Shown here: in pieces, positions 1 to 13,129 of the stretch
Position numbering within the stretch: the stretch's first letter is position 1
How the letters are laid out: each line of letters starts with the position of its first letter
Assembly: GCA_017654855.1 (NCBI GenBank)
Contig: CM030334.1
Location: 3,658,001 to 3,722,000, forward strand
Direction: 5' to 3'
Source of the DNA: Podospora anserina
Lineage: Eukaryota
DNA: 64,000 nucleotides
The notes under the pieces: model-generated
What the model saw: only the letters and a program-made list of their open reading frames with translations
What the model was told of the DNA's origin: nothing
Databases searched by the model: none
Translations under genes and position numbers: made by a program

Positions 1-2
1 TC

Positions 3-419
<417 letters not shown>

Positions 420-945
420 GTGGTTGATCTACAGTCATGGGACACACTTGTACATACTGGAAGCTTGGGAGGCGGTCAAAGGGCATGATGGTGGTCTGGT
501 GGTGATGATGATGGTTGTGGTACGGGAATAACATCATGTCATGGTCAAGGTGGATACAGAAACTCACAAGGCCCCCCCCATCTCCATATCTACCCTGCCA
601 ATTCCGAACTCCATCCAATTGCCGCCAAACTAGTCCGAATCCTGCTTAGGATCTCCATCGCGATTCATAATCCTAGGGACCTTTGAGGTGATTTGACCAA
701 TCACAACCTCGAACTTTTGTTGATTGTTCGCCCACGTTGCATGAACTAACGCAGACACTATTTCTCGCTATTATTCCTTGGCGGTCGATTTGATGCCCGT
801 CGGCATCGAGTTTGGGATCGATAACCCCCTCCTTTCCGCTGTCTCGGGATTGCTTTTTGATCCTTCGTGCTATCTCTTCCCGGTATTTTTTGGTCAGAGA
901 TTCAAGAATCCGATACCTTTTTATTTTTATTTTGTTTTACCCACA

Positions 946-2015
946 ATGGCTGCAACAACCACCGTGACGGTACCCCATATGGGCGGTATCAAAGTCGGGT
1001 ATCGGCTTTCGTCTCCGTCAGGCTCCATCGACAAGACCAAGCCCACGGTCGTCCTCATCAACTCGATGTGCACGACTGTTTCGCTGTTTGATGACCAGTT
1101 CTCCAATGAAGAGCTGACTTCGGCCGTGAACCTTTTGGCTATTGAGCCTCTGGGTCATGGCTCGACTTTTGCTCTCAAGAGGGAAAACTTCACCTACTGG
1201 GACACCGCGGAGATGGCGCTTCAGGTTATGGACGCGTTGGGAGTTGAGAAGGCTTTTGCTTTGGGAACCAGCCAGGGCGGATGGTATGTTTGTTGTTTTA
1301 TGCTGAGAAGAGAAGGGGCTAACAACAGTCTGCAGGATGGTTGTACGCATGGCTTTGCTTGCTCCTGAGCGGGTAAGTTGATGTCTCAATGTCTCCACCA
1401 GAGAGTGTTACTAACATGAGTAAGATTCTTGGCCTACTTCCTCTCGGTACATCAATGGACTCGGAGTCTGCCTACTCGCGTACTCAAGGGAGCTGGGACC
1501 CAGCTGCTGTTCTCACTCCTTTCTTGGAAAAGTGGTCGGTTTCCGAGTCAACCCCTGACTTTGTTGTTGACCAGCAATGGAGGGGCATGGTCACTGGCCT
1601 GGGATTCGGTGCTGCCCCAAAGCCAGAGCTGTTGGCTTTCTGGGATGAGACGCTGAAGCAGGTCTATGTTGGAGATGAGGGCAGAAAGAAGGTCAGGATG
1701 GCCCTGACCAATTTGCTGGAGCGTGACGGTCTCTTGTTGAGATTGCGACACATCAGGTGCCCTGTTTACTGGTTGCAGGTGAGTTTGCTCTATTGTGATT
1801 GCTTTTTCGAGACGGGATGAAATCTGACACAAGAACAGGGAGAGCAAGATCCAGTTTTTGGAGTAAAATTGCCGGCTGAGCACATTAAGTTGTTCACCAG
1901 CTCCCCCGAGGCTACCTTGACGCTTGTTCCAGGTGGAGGACACTTCTTGAATGCCACCAGTCCTCGTGAGGTTCAAGAGGCGCTCTTGAGAATGGTGAGC
2001 AAGTATTCTGCTTAA
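946..2015 (+). CDS. Alpha/beta hydrolase fold protein (multi-exon)
   Basis: Motifs LLAIEPLGHG, GTSQGG nucleophile elbow and C-terminal GGGHFLN. GT-AG introns join ORFs 778..1368 and 1389..1820. Stop TAA at 2013-2015. Confidence 0.85.
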
Positions 2016-2337
2016 AAGGTTTGGGTAAAGCTCGATTGTCCTTGTGACTACATGTACAGTACTAGGATGTGGCGACGGACATAATGCCGCAGACACTAGC
2101 CCCTGGGGTAAACCAAATAAATCAGGGAACAGCTCTTTTTGTTGTTGTCATTGACTCCACCTGTTCGAAGCTTGACCTCTCAGATGTTGTCCTCACTGAC
2201 CACCCCGCATCAACATGCATCAACGCCACCAACAAGGGTTTAATCTCCTGTGGTCTCATCACAGCGATGACACAACATTCCGCCTCTCACTCAATCAACA
2301 ACTTCACAACACTGAACACTCACGCCCTGTTCGAAAC

Positions 2338-3324
2338 ATGTCTGAAGCAAAGAACATCATCATCACCGGCGCCTCCGGCCTCGTCGGCCCGCTCCTGGCC
2401 TCCCGCCTCCTCAACTCCCCAGAATACCGCCTCGTCCTCACCGACCTCCACCCCCCCATCCTCCCCCCCAACGTCACCCACCCCTCCAACGCGACCCTCC
2501 TCCAAGGCGACATCACCTCCCCTGCCTTCATCACCACCCTCCTCACCGCCGCCCAGCCCCTCCACGCAATCTTCCTGTTCCACGGCATCATGTCCGCCGG
2601 CTCGGAAGAAGACTACGACCTCTCCCTCAAAGTAAACGTCGACTCGATCCGCCTCATCACCGACCAGCTCCGCCTCACCAATCCCGGCTGCCGCGTCATA
2701 TACGCCTCCTCCCAAGCGGTATTCGGACAGCCTCTACCCCAGGGAAAAATCACCGACGACGTGCTGCCCACGCCGGAAAGCACCTACGGCTGCCACAAGC
2801 TCATGACGGAGTCGTACCTCACCTCGCTGCACAGAAAGGGGTTTTTGGACGTGTTTATTGCTCGGTTTCCCACCATTAGTGTCAGGCCGGGGAGGCCGAC
2901 GGCTGCGGCGTCGAGCTTCCTGTCGGGGATTATAAGGGAGCCGATGAGGGGGGTGGAGTGTGTGGTCCCGATTGAGGACAGGGGTTTCAAGAGTTTTTTG
3001 GCTTCGCCGAGGACGATAGCGGAGAATTTGGTTAGGGTTTTGGGGTTAGGGAGTGGGTGTTTGCCTGTGCATAGGAGGGTGATTCAGTTTCCGGGGGTGA
3101 GTGTTTCTGTTCAGGAGATGATGGATGCGTTGGGGAAGTTTGGCGGGGAGGATAAGTTGGGGTTGGTGAAGGAGGTGCGGGATGAGGGGTTGGAAAGGAT
3201 TTTGAGGAGCTGGCCGACGGATTTTGACTTGAGCACGGCGGAGAGGTTGGGGTTGGTGGTTGATGAGGGGCCGGGGGCGGAGGGGATTGTGTGGGAGTAT
3301 GTGAGGAGTTTGGGGAAGGTGTAA
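2338..3324 (+). CDS. NAD-dependent epimerase/dehydratase (extended SDR, D-erythronate dehydrogenase-like)
   Basis: IIITGASGLVG Rossmann motif, YGCHK (YxxxK), RFPTISVRPGRPTAAASSFLSGIIREP. Confidence 0.9.
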   Translation: MSEAKNIIITGASGLVGPLLASRLLNSPEYRLVLTDLHPPILPPNVTHPSNATLLQGDITSPAFITTLLTAAQPLHAIFLFHGIMSAGSEEDYDLSLKVNVDSIRLITDQLRLTNPGCRVIYASSQAVFGQPLPQGKITDDVLPTPESTYGCHKLMTESYLTSLHRKGFLDVFIARFPTISVRPGRPTAAASSFLSGIIREPMRGVECVVPIEDRGFKSFLASPRTIAENLVRVLGLGSGCLPVHRRVIQFPGVSVSVQEMMDALGKFGGEDKLGLVKEVRDEGLERILRSWPTDFDLSTAERLGLVVDEGPGAEGIVWEYVRSLGKV

Positions 3325-3511
3325 AGAATGAAGAGATCACGTTATGGTCGTAGATGGGTGTATATAAAGTATTGCTATCTACCCAAGTCACAGGTTCCTC
3401 AAGCTCGTCATGTACCTTACTAGACAGGTCACGAGATGACAGGTAAAGGAATTTCCGCCCCCTCGAGGCCACAGTATGCCTGTTCATGAGCCCTCCACAG
3501 TCCTCTCCCAT

Positions 3512-4442
3512 TCATTTTTCCGGAAGTATCGCCCGATACTTTGCCCACATCTCGTACATTCGCACGACTTGACCCCTTGTAAACTCGGTCGCGCACTCAT
3601 CAGAGACGTACGACATGTAGTTGTGAACAGGGTCCTTGCCTTCCAAGTGGGGACATGTATTCAGGTCCAGGTGGCAGGTGCCCTTCATCTCCTGGGTGTA
3701 ATGATGATAATCGAACTTGGGGGTGTCAATAACGCCATCGTCCGGATCTGTTGGGTCGCACGGGTTCTCAGGATCGCGGACTTCAAACGTGTGCGCGAGT
3801 CCGAGCCAGTGGCCTATCTCGTGAACGGCTGCCTTCCCTTGGCTCCAATAACTGTGTCCACCTCCAGGCACCGTGTTGCTCTTGATGACACAGCCATCGA
3901 GCGGCCCACCCATTGACCACGGCAACGTGCAAAATCCGCCTTTAGTAGCATTCTTCCATGGGACGAAGTAGAGGTTGAGTGTCCTCTGATCGCCTTCATG
4001 CAACAACGACTGCATGTCCACCCAATCTTGTGACCCGGGTGTCTCAAAAGACCAGGCTTTTGTCACAAACCAATGATTTTTGGTATGGTTGAAGGTGATA
4101 CCAGCGGGTGCGAATGAGTCTTTGATCACTTGAACCTGCCGATGGATGTCCTCGTCCTGTTTGGTTGAGACTTGGTCAGCATACCTTCATAGCTTGTATT
4201 ATGTCGTGCATTGTACTTACTGAAAGATAACCATCTTGACGCCTTTTTGAGCGGGCAACAACATGAACTATGAGTTCGATGGGAGGAGGAAGAAGATATA
4301 TTTGCCGTCTTCTCATACCGAGGTGGCTTCTGTCGATGGGTGGTGAGGGAAAGAGAGTGGCATTCTCGTTGCCACAGGTGAACATTGCCGAGACAGGCGA
4401 TGACAGTGCAAGGCCGAAGAGGAGGGTATGCGCAAGTTGCAT
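3512..4442 (-). CDS. Secreted M43 (pappalysin-like) metalloprotease, two exons
   Basis: Signal peptide MQLAHTLLFGLALSSPVSA, zinc motif HEIGHWLGLAHTF and Met-turn HNYMSY. Confidence 0.88.
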
Positions 4443-4899
4443 GGCGATGAGTCTTGGGCATCAGGGCACCGAGTAGTTTGAGGTATCTGGAGAGGAAGAT
4501 GGCAAAGAGGAAGAGCGTGAAGCTGTGGTATTTTTGCTCGCAAGAACTGTGCAAGGCTTTATACCTGCTTCGAAAAATTGGACGAGCGCCATTGTCGAGT
4601 TTAGCATTGAGAAGGAAAGCTACCGGGATAGCTTATCAGTGTTTCCCAAAGTCAACTTTGATGTGCGTGGAAGTATCACAGTGCTTATATGGTGCGAAGG
4701 CGTTGGAGGCTCGGTGGGTGGCCAACCCCACTTAAGTGTGTTTGCTCCCCCGCTCTTTCGATCCCGATAGCATTTAGATAGCAAACCTTCTCAGCTTCAA
4801 TAACTTTTTGCACCATCAGCCAGTCATCAAACACAGCAGCCTAATGACCCCACTGAGAAAGCCTTGACGCCTGTACACGACGTAGTCTGTGTTGTTCAG

Positions 4900-7722
4900 A
4901 TGGCACTGACCATCACTTGCCATCCCCCACTGGGCGCCATCCACATCCTCGAGCCTAACCTCTCGCTCGTCTGTCTCAAAGCACAGCCACAAGGCTCGGT
5001 TCGATGACTAATATCGTCTCAAACTAGGTTCAATTCGTTGTTGGAGTCCCTCCCACCGTTAGCGACGTTAGGATCTGGCACAACTGCACGACGACTGGCG
5101 AATGGTCTGAATTAGGCCTCACCGAAGTGCGCATCACTCGTCACCTGGACACTTGCGAGAACCAAAATGTGTTGACAGCTCCTTAGTCCACAGCCTTGCC
5201 TCGACTTGATAATCTCCACGACCGCAAGTATTTCACAGGCGCAATCCTGACCCTTACTGAGGCATCCACGTGGATAGGCCTCTTCAAATTCACGGTCAAG
5301 CTTCGGGTCAGTAAAGATGCGCCATGGCTCTGGATCAAGGACATTGATGGGAGTGAAGATGGCGAGGTCGTGCTTCCTGCTACTCACACCCCAAGCACCA
5401 ATTTGTCAAGCTACCTGGACGATATCAGTAGAGATATCGTGGTAACCCCAAGGCAAGCCGTCACCAGCGCGGCAACGCAAACCGTGTGGGAATTAAAAGC
5501 CAGTACACCAGCTGCTCAGGGCCAAACCTGCGGTCGTGCATTTTACTCTCTAGGCAAAGCAATCGATTGCATTCGGTGGCTTGGTATTGTTCGCCACAAC
5601 GATGCTTGGTTTGGGCCGCGGCATGGCCGAGATATTTTTTTACTCAACGAGGGAGCTGTAATGCTTTCGTTTCTGAGGCGGGATGGGCTGCACGTTGTCA
5701 TCATAGCCATCAGCGGGATCGACAATCTGTTGACCACGCTTGTTTCAAACGAGAATGGACAGATTCTGATTTCGTCAAGGAACGATGGACCTGAGTCAGC
5801 TCATGCCCGTGTGTTAGTTGCTGTTGACAAGACATGCGAGGAAGCCATTGCTGCTGCTATGAGGCCAGTCAGGGAATTTGTTCGGGGCCATAGGAGCAGC
5901 ACTTTCGCTATGGGCCTACGAAATGCAGGCTCAGCCAGCGTTGGCGAAACAACAAGGCTTCAAGCATGGTATGACGGCTTTGCTTACTGCACCTGGAACG
6001 GGCTAGGACAATATCTCTCGCCAAGCAAGATTCTCGATGCGCTCACCAGCTTGGACAAGAAGGGAGTCAAGCTCACAACTCTTATCATTGATGACAACTG
6101 GCAGTCTGTTCAGCTTGAGCCTGGAAAATCCGACTTTTACAGGCAGTGGTCTGACTTTGAGGCAAACAAGGAGCATTTTCCTGGTGGCTTGAAGAGTCTC
6201 ATCACAGCTATCAGATCAGTGTCTCCCTATATTCAATTCATTGCCGTTTGGCATGGTATTTTTGGTCATTGGGGAGGCATTGCACCTAGTGGAAAAATAG
6301 CCAAGGTGTACGCAATGAGAACGTTCAAAAGGCGTGAAGGAATCTTTCTGGGCGGTGGGGACATGACGACAGTCGATAGGAGCGATACTGAGCGGCTGTT
6401 TGATGATTTTTACAGGTCAGTAACTATCTATGAGGCGACACAGCGTCACAGCTGATGAACAAGCAGGTTTCTGTCTGACGCAGGTGTGGACGCAGTCAAA
6501 GTCGACACGCAAAGTTTCCTAGACTACGCAGACCATGCCGACGACAGGCTCGCCTTGATCACAGCGTACCAGGACGCATGGAGGCTGGCATCCCTCAAAT
6601 ACTTTGGTGGTAGGGCCATCGCTTGTATGGCGCAGATACCACAAACGATGTACTACTCGTTCCTGCGAGAAGACCTTCCCAAGCCGATGGTGAGGACATC
6701 TGACGACTTCTTCCCGGATGACCCAAGGCAGGTCCCTCCATCTGATGGCGCTCAAAGAGGTATGCTGACTCCAAAACCAGCTCCCACTCCTGGCACATTT
6801 TCTGCAACGCCCACAACGCCCTTCTCATGCAGCATTTTGACGTCCTCCCAGACTGGGACATGTTCCAAACCAGCCATCAATACTCCCGCTTCCACGCCAC
6901 AGCACGATGTGTTTCCGGTGGTCCAATTTATATCACTGACACGCCGGGTGAGCACGACCTCGACCTGATCGAGCAAATGACTGCAAAAGCCCCAGACGGT
7001 AGACTCCTCGTGCTTCGAACAGAGAAGCTGGGGAGGACGGTGGGGATGTACACCGGGCACTCAGAGACTCAGTTCCTCCAGGTCAGAGCGGAGCATTACC
7101 GGGTCGTTATCACGGCAGTGTTTAATCTTGATAATGTGCCGCGAACAAAGCTAGTCTCGCTGAGTTACTGTGAGCCATCTCTAGCGGGAGATGAAGCGGG
7201 CTACTTATTCCGGGTGCACAGCTCTGGAAAACTTCTCAGACACGCTGATGGGAGTCTGGCCATCATGGAGCTTCACTTCGGGCCGCACGACTGTCACATC
7301 ATTACCAGATACCCAGTCCGCCGGTTTCAGCAGACTGATGTGGCTGTCTTGGGACTGTTAGGAAAGATGGCGGGGGCTGCTGCTGTGATGGCAACAACTT
7401 ATAAAGTTCTGCCAGAAACATCAGAAATCCAGGCAGATCTTGAGTTGAAGGCGCTGGGGAATCTTGGTGAGAAATGGATTCGTCCGTTGAAGCTACAAAA
7501 AGCTGACCCAAATTAACAGGCCTCTACGTGTCTGCCAACAGCCGCCCGCTCGTCGGTCCGGTGAAGGTGATTGTCGGCGGCGGCCCAATGGCCAAAGTCG
7601 AGCCTTTAGGATTGGACCCATTTATCCTCGAGTTTGACCTGGAAGGGCTGTGGCCGGGAGAGAACCGTTGTGGGAAGGGTAACTCACAGGTGTTAGTCAC
7701 AGTGATTGTGCCACTGCTTTAA
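4900..7722 (+). CDS. GH36 raffinose synthase / seed-imbibition (Sip1)-like alpha-galactosidase, multi-exon
   Basis: Motifs YCTWNGLG, LIIDDNWQS, VWHGIFGHWGG, VKVDTQ, RTSDDFFP, PDWDMFQT and SGGPIYITD across ORFs 5196..6455, 6486..6968, 6827..7516 and 7528..7722. Confidence 0.9.
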
Positions 7723-8749
7723 TGTGCACGTTGTGGACATGAAAAATAGAGATTGGTGCCATGGTGGTTTGAATGGAGACCTTGAAAGAAAACTACTTTG
7801 TAAGCCTTTCAAGATGGTTGACTCCCAACTTCATATTTAAATCTAAACATCCCTTTATATAAATACAATCGCCTAGAAAAATAGAACTCCGCAGGGTTAT
7901 ATCCATTAACCGGATGCCGCCGGCCTAGCGCGGAGTATGAAATTCTCGAATTCCCGAAAATCGATAACGACACATCGTTGCTGTCTGCCTTTTCCGCCGT
8001 GATCCAAGCATTTTTCAAGTTTGGTTCATCCCTTGCGAAATAGGCTCTGAATTGTTCATTGAAGATGCTTAGCAAGACCAACTGCGCTTCGGCGGCTGTG
8101 GTGTAGGCCCAGTCATCTGATGATATTGTGCCCTTGAGCCCGGTAATCCCCATTGCATCTGCTCTCTGTAGGTTGATATTGCTTTCGCCCTGATCAGGAG
8201 GGCTCGGACGCACGACTTCATTGTTCCTCATCTTGACTAGCTAATCACGAGAATCAGGGGCAAGGGGGGAACAACGCCTGATGAGGATAAACCGTTCTGG
8301 CAAGGTAAGTAACCTGTCTGTTCTATGTGCGCCGAATCTGCGCTGACATGTCATAGTTCTGATCTACGAAAAAGAGTCAGAGTGTACTGTACATGGAGAC
8401 ACACGATACAGAATGATCTGGGGCCATGAGTTTAAAACATGCTACACCTTCGGCGTGACAAGGGCTGTAATATCAGAGCTTGGAACTCATGGTTCAATTC
8501 AGGCTAATAATCTTCAATGGCCTCGAAGAGCGTGATACTGAAAGAAGAAGAAGAAAAATACAGTCTTGGTGATCCTGAGCGCGTATTTTATCCTCCCTCG
8601 CATGGCCCGTGCCCTTGTTGGCCTCAGGCCTTTGCCAAGTCCTCCAATATCCTACTGGGCCAGTGAGATTCCTTTGATACCCGCCATGCCTCTGATTGTC
8701 TGCCTCACTTTCGACGAGAGGCTCACGACTTGCAGTTACCCCTCCTTAC

Positions 8750-9209
8750 GGTGGTATCGTCAATGTTGTTGGTCGTGGTCGCAGGTGGTTGGCTTTTGCC
8801 GTGTGACATTCGGGGATGATATGCCCGGCACAGGATGCGACGAGTTCCGAGGCAACGACAAGAAAGCCGGGTGTACGGGAGAGAACCTGGTGCCACGATC
8901 TCTCCGTGTCCCGAACGAAGCCTTGTGCTACTTCTATTACGAGCCTAGATGTTTGGGGTCATTTGCCTCATACGTGCCCGATCACTCGTGCATGTCGGGC
9001 GAGAACTGGCCCGGAGCTGGCGAACAGGTAAAATCATTCAAATGTGTAAGTGTACCCCCAAGGCTCCTTGCTTACTTAGTTACTCCTCATTGACATTCTT
9101 TGATAGTGGGAAAAGGCACCCTCAGAAAAAACACCCTGATAAGCGCGTTGCTTTTGAGAAGGTGCATAGAGCCTTGCGTCAATGGCAAAGCGATTGGGAT
9201 GAATATTAA
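8750..9209 (+). CDS. Small cysteine-rich hypothetical protein (beta/gamma-crystallin-like pattern); structure uncertain
   Basis: SLRVPNEALCYFYYEPRCLG...SCMSGENW...VKSFKC followed by a GTAAGT donor. Start not resolved. Confidence 0.3.
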
Positions 9210-9362
9210 CTATATCAAGCACCTGATGGGACATGGGAGGAGATATAACATTACTAGTAGAATGTGAGAATTAGGGTTTAATCTATATGCTTTTGTTTCC
9301 CTTTTTGTCCTTTTCTCAAACATCTCTCTTGAAGCTAGATCCACTTTCGTGTCAATGGAGCC

Positions 9363-9470
9363 GTGCTGGTTTCTGTCGACGAGTCGCGCGATGTCGTGGA
9401 ACCAGTGACTAAGTGACGGACAATTGAGGGCTTCCCATTGGCCAACCAAAAAATCAATGCTTGAGGCACA
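9363..9470 (+). repeat. Dispersed direct repeat, copy 1 (copy 2 at ~14144-14233)
   Basis: Shared core ACGGACAATTGAGGGCTTCC(C)ATTGGCCAACCAAAAA(A/G)TCAATG(C/G)TTGAG(G/C)CACA plus upstream GTGCTxGTTTCTGTCxACxAGT. Confidence 0.85.
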
Positions 9471-9553
9471 ATATACCTTGAAAGATAGTAACAACGATAG
9501 TCAAAAGTACGTCAAATGATAGCGAAAGCGATTTCTATCATCGTTCAAGGCCC

Positions 9554-12500
9554 CTAAAATCCCGTTGTGCCCGCCGCTGTTACCTGATGAAGGCGTATTT
9601 CCTCTGGAGACCAACCCTCGCAACTGGGCAAGGCCGCTATGTGATGGTATATGTCATATTTGCCAGGCAGCCCAGGGGTATCAAACTTTGTAGCTACATA
9701 TCTGTAATTGATCGGAGGTGCTTTGCGATGGGGTAAAGGCATTGGTAACCCATCACAGTCAGTCAGCCTTCATTCTTGACAGCACCAAACCACAAAGATC
9801 AAATGCGACGCAATACTCAAATTCAGATAGCTACAGAAAAATTTTTAAGACAAAGGAAGAAGAAAACTAACTGCCTTGAGCCCCTCCAGTTTTGGCGGAA
9901 GGAGAGCCGAAAAAACCCGAACCTGATGCCTGCCCCGGCTTCGTACTATTCATAGCACCACCACTTTGGTTATTACTGCTGCCAAATATTCCTCCGGAAG
10001 GAAACGCAGCAGTAGGGGCATTGGAGAATGACGAAGGAGCGGGAGCCTTGGCGACTGATGTAAAGGCATTTGTGCCGGAGGGAGCAGAGAATAAAGACGC
10101 TGAGTTCGGAGTTGATGGATTACCAAACACTGAAGAGCCCTTGGGGCCAAAAAGCGAAGAAGCCGTTGGTGCAGGATCACTCGTTCCGAATAGCCCACCA
10201 GTGCCGGGCGTGGCTGGTTTAGTGCTAAATACCCCGGACGTGGATGGTGTGGTGGTGAATAACCCACCAGACCTGGGGGCGGGTGTGTTCTTCATGTCCG
10301 CGAAGAGTGAGCGGGGAGCTGGGGCTGAAGTAGAAACAGGAGCGGAAGATCCCGAAACACGTGGTGTACCAGTGCTTGTCGAAGAAGAGGAAGGTGTGCG
10401 GCCGAGTGTAGTGGTTGACTGTCGGCTCCCAGCAGTTGCTGTTCTCTCGGTTTCGATGCTTGGTATCGGAGCTGGGCTCTGGCTAGGTCCCCGCCTCAAA
10501 ACAAGGCCGGTCCCCCCAATTGCCATCCCGTTTCTGCTCGACGCAGAGAACGAAGGCAAGCCTCTTGGCTGGAACGCTCTGCACGCAGCATGTCCACTCT
10601 GGAGCTTGGTAAGTTGGACTTGCAGCTCTTCTCTCTCCTGCCTTACTGAACGTGATTCAGCGGCAACCTTTTCGACATCTTCATCTGTCATGTTAGGAAC
10701 CATGTCAGGATCGAGGATGGTTGGGAGGTGGCGCAGAAGACAGTTTTCCAGTCCGAGGACCACAACATTGTCAATGAAGATGTCAAGTGACCTCTGTAAG
10801 ACAGATCTCAGCGCAGTCCATTCCAAAGACCAAATATCTCCCGGGAAAACTCACGTCATAATAATTGGCCATGCTCTCAATGATTTTGTCTGTTCCAAAA
10901 TCACTAGACGGGGTTGCCTCTGAAGCTGCTTCCAACACAGCTCTCGACACATGTTCATGGGTCAACCCTTCCAGATTTGGATACACCTTCTCAAGTTGAC
11001 GGGCGGTTTGCTGAACTCGCCGCTCCCCCCCCCTCCGGCTTCGTGTGTTCTTGAGCAAGGGCATAGGATCGTACCCATTCATGTAGTGATACAGCAGTTC
11101 CTGAAGCTTGACACCTAGCAAAGACGCCTTTTCTTGAAAGAATGGGGCAACGTACTCTCTCAGGAGTGCCTGTGCCGTCTTGGGGTCTCTTCCGACGATA
11201 TGATCTATGAGCTTCTCGGTAAAGCCCTGACAAATTTCCGTGATCAGTTTGATATGACGTTCGGCGATGTCCTCCCAAGGCTGTGATTGATCCCGGAAGA
11301 GACGGAGCGTCAATCGATCATTGGGTGAGCCCGGAAACTCGGTGCCCTGGTTCTCAGAGGCCATGGCTTCCAACTCGCCCTTGAGATTTGCGAGCGAAAC
11401 GGTTGCTGGGTCTTCAAAAGGATAATGTTCAAGAAGCTGGTGAAGATGGGCTGCAAGCTCTGGCTCAGAACATTCATTTTCTTCGTTGTCAGATTCACCG
11501 TCATCAGAGTCCCTGTCCTGGTTATCGCCGTCCCAAAGAATCTTGCGTCGACTACCTTTGACCAACAAAACGTGTGCAAAGACTCTGTTGAGGTCCCTCA
11601 CCAAGGCGCGCAACTTCTTGATTCGAGCATCGGTGTATTCGGTCGAGTCTGGATCAGGATACAAACCGCCAAAGAAATCGTCAAGGTAGTTGCCCCTAAC
11701 TGCTTCGCCAGCAAGCTCACGGAAACGGGAACTGATCTTGGTGAGGTACGTTCTCATGGCCTGTGGTGTTGAACGTTGCTCGCCCAGTTCCTTGAGTCGA
11801 CTTTGACGTTGCTTGATCAAGTGTTCAATGTCATCGATGAGCTCTGGAAGTTTGCGCTGAATGTGTGCCAAGAGAACCTGGCTGAGCTTGTCCCTGAGAG
11901 CCTCAATGCCCCTGTCCTGAGCCTTGATTGTTGCCCACACTCCGTTTCGAAAGAAGTTCTTCTCGGCCTCATCACGTTCGCCATCTGTTGACGTGGTCTC
12001 CATATGAGTTCGGTTGCGTAGCACATGCCAGCCGAGTGCCAGTTTGTGAGAGCCTTCCTTGTTCTCCGCCAGACGCAAGTATTGGCCTTCGTTGTGGGAG
12101 CCCTGGTCAACCTTATCGGGCTTGGTGATGATTCCCAGGGTTCGCCCTCGGGTAGGATCGTGTTTTTTCGCTTCATTCAAAACCTTTTGGGCAGCCAGCT
12201 CACTTTGGGCTGAGACAACGGCGAGGATGATGCTGTTCTTCTGGCGCATATACTTTTCTGCGAGCCGATCGACCACAGCAACACCGCCGGCCTCTTGGTT
12301 CTCTGTCTCATTATGATAGAAACCGGGGAGGTCGACAAGCGTCAACTGTGGAACAACAGGGCCGGAAATTTCCACCCGGAGGACTTGTTCTGAGAATGTA
12401 CTTGATCCCGAGCCGACACCCATGACATCTTTGGCTTCCTCGATGATAGCAGGAAGTTCGTCGTTGTTGAGGCCGGTTCTGTCAAAGACATGATCGTCCA

Positions 12501-12795
12501 CATCGCCAGCATCATTCTGGATCTGGACGTTGACTTTCGTCTGGGAGGCTTGGCGAAGCACCAACTCAGTTGCAAAGCGCGTGCAGAGTCCGTCTTTGAT
12601 AGGAAAGCGGACACGAGAGATGGCCTCCAGGACGGAGCTTTTTCCGGATGATTGATCGCCAACAACGATGAGTTGAGGAAGTTGGACAAATTTTCCTAGG
12701 CCAAGTTTTCGAAGCTCGTCAATAGTGTCAAGAAGGGCGCGCTGCTCAGCGGCGAGCTGCTGCACTACTGCGAGATCTAGCTGAACAGCAGCCAT
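9554..12795 (-). CDS. Mx-like dynamin-family GTPase with FG-repeat tail and putative GLEBS-like last exon; predicted exons 12795-10855, 10793-9872, 9720-9554
   Basis: G1 LPQLIVVGDQSSGKSSVLE, G2 LCTRFATE, G3 LVDLPG, G4 TKPD. Intron GTGAGT(10854)..TTACAG(10794) restores the GED segment YYD/RSLDIFIDNV. A second intron GTTAGT(9871)..AAAG(9721) is in frame with ORF 9554..9742. The third exon is less certain than the first two. Confidence 0.9.
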
Positions 12796-13129
12796 GTTTG
12801 GAGTTGGTTAGGTGGTAGGCTTCTGGATACAGTTTTGGGGGAACCATGATGGATATTTGTATGGGTTGGCACAGTTCGACTGACCGCCCCGAAGAAGCTA
12901 ACCGCCGACCTGGCCAGGGTACTCTGCCGCGGGCTCACTTGGCTTGGTTCAGCTGAGCATTTTTAGGAAGCTCAAAGGCGGGCAGTGGTCATGGAAGCGG
13001 TTGTGACTCTGGGGTTGATAACCCAAATTGGAGGCCTTGCCAAGATTTTGACGATGGTTGGACCAGTCAACAGCCAGGCACTCTGTGACCAAACGTGCAG
13101 AGGAATGGTTTGCGTGCAGATGGCCCACA

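Noticed and set aside
7809-8231. 140-aa minus-strand ORF
   Set aside because: No recognisable motif or clear gene structure.
9892-10923. 343-aa plus-strand ORF
   Set aside because: Antisense mirror of the dynamin's low-complexity tail, with no independent motifs.
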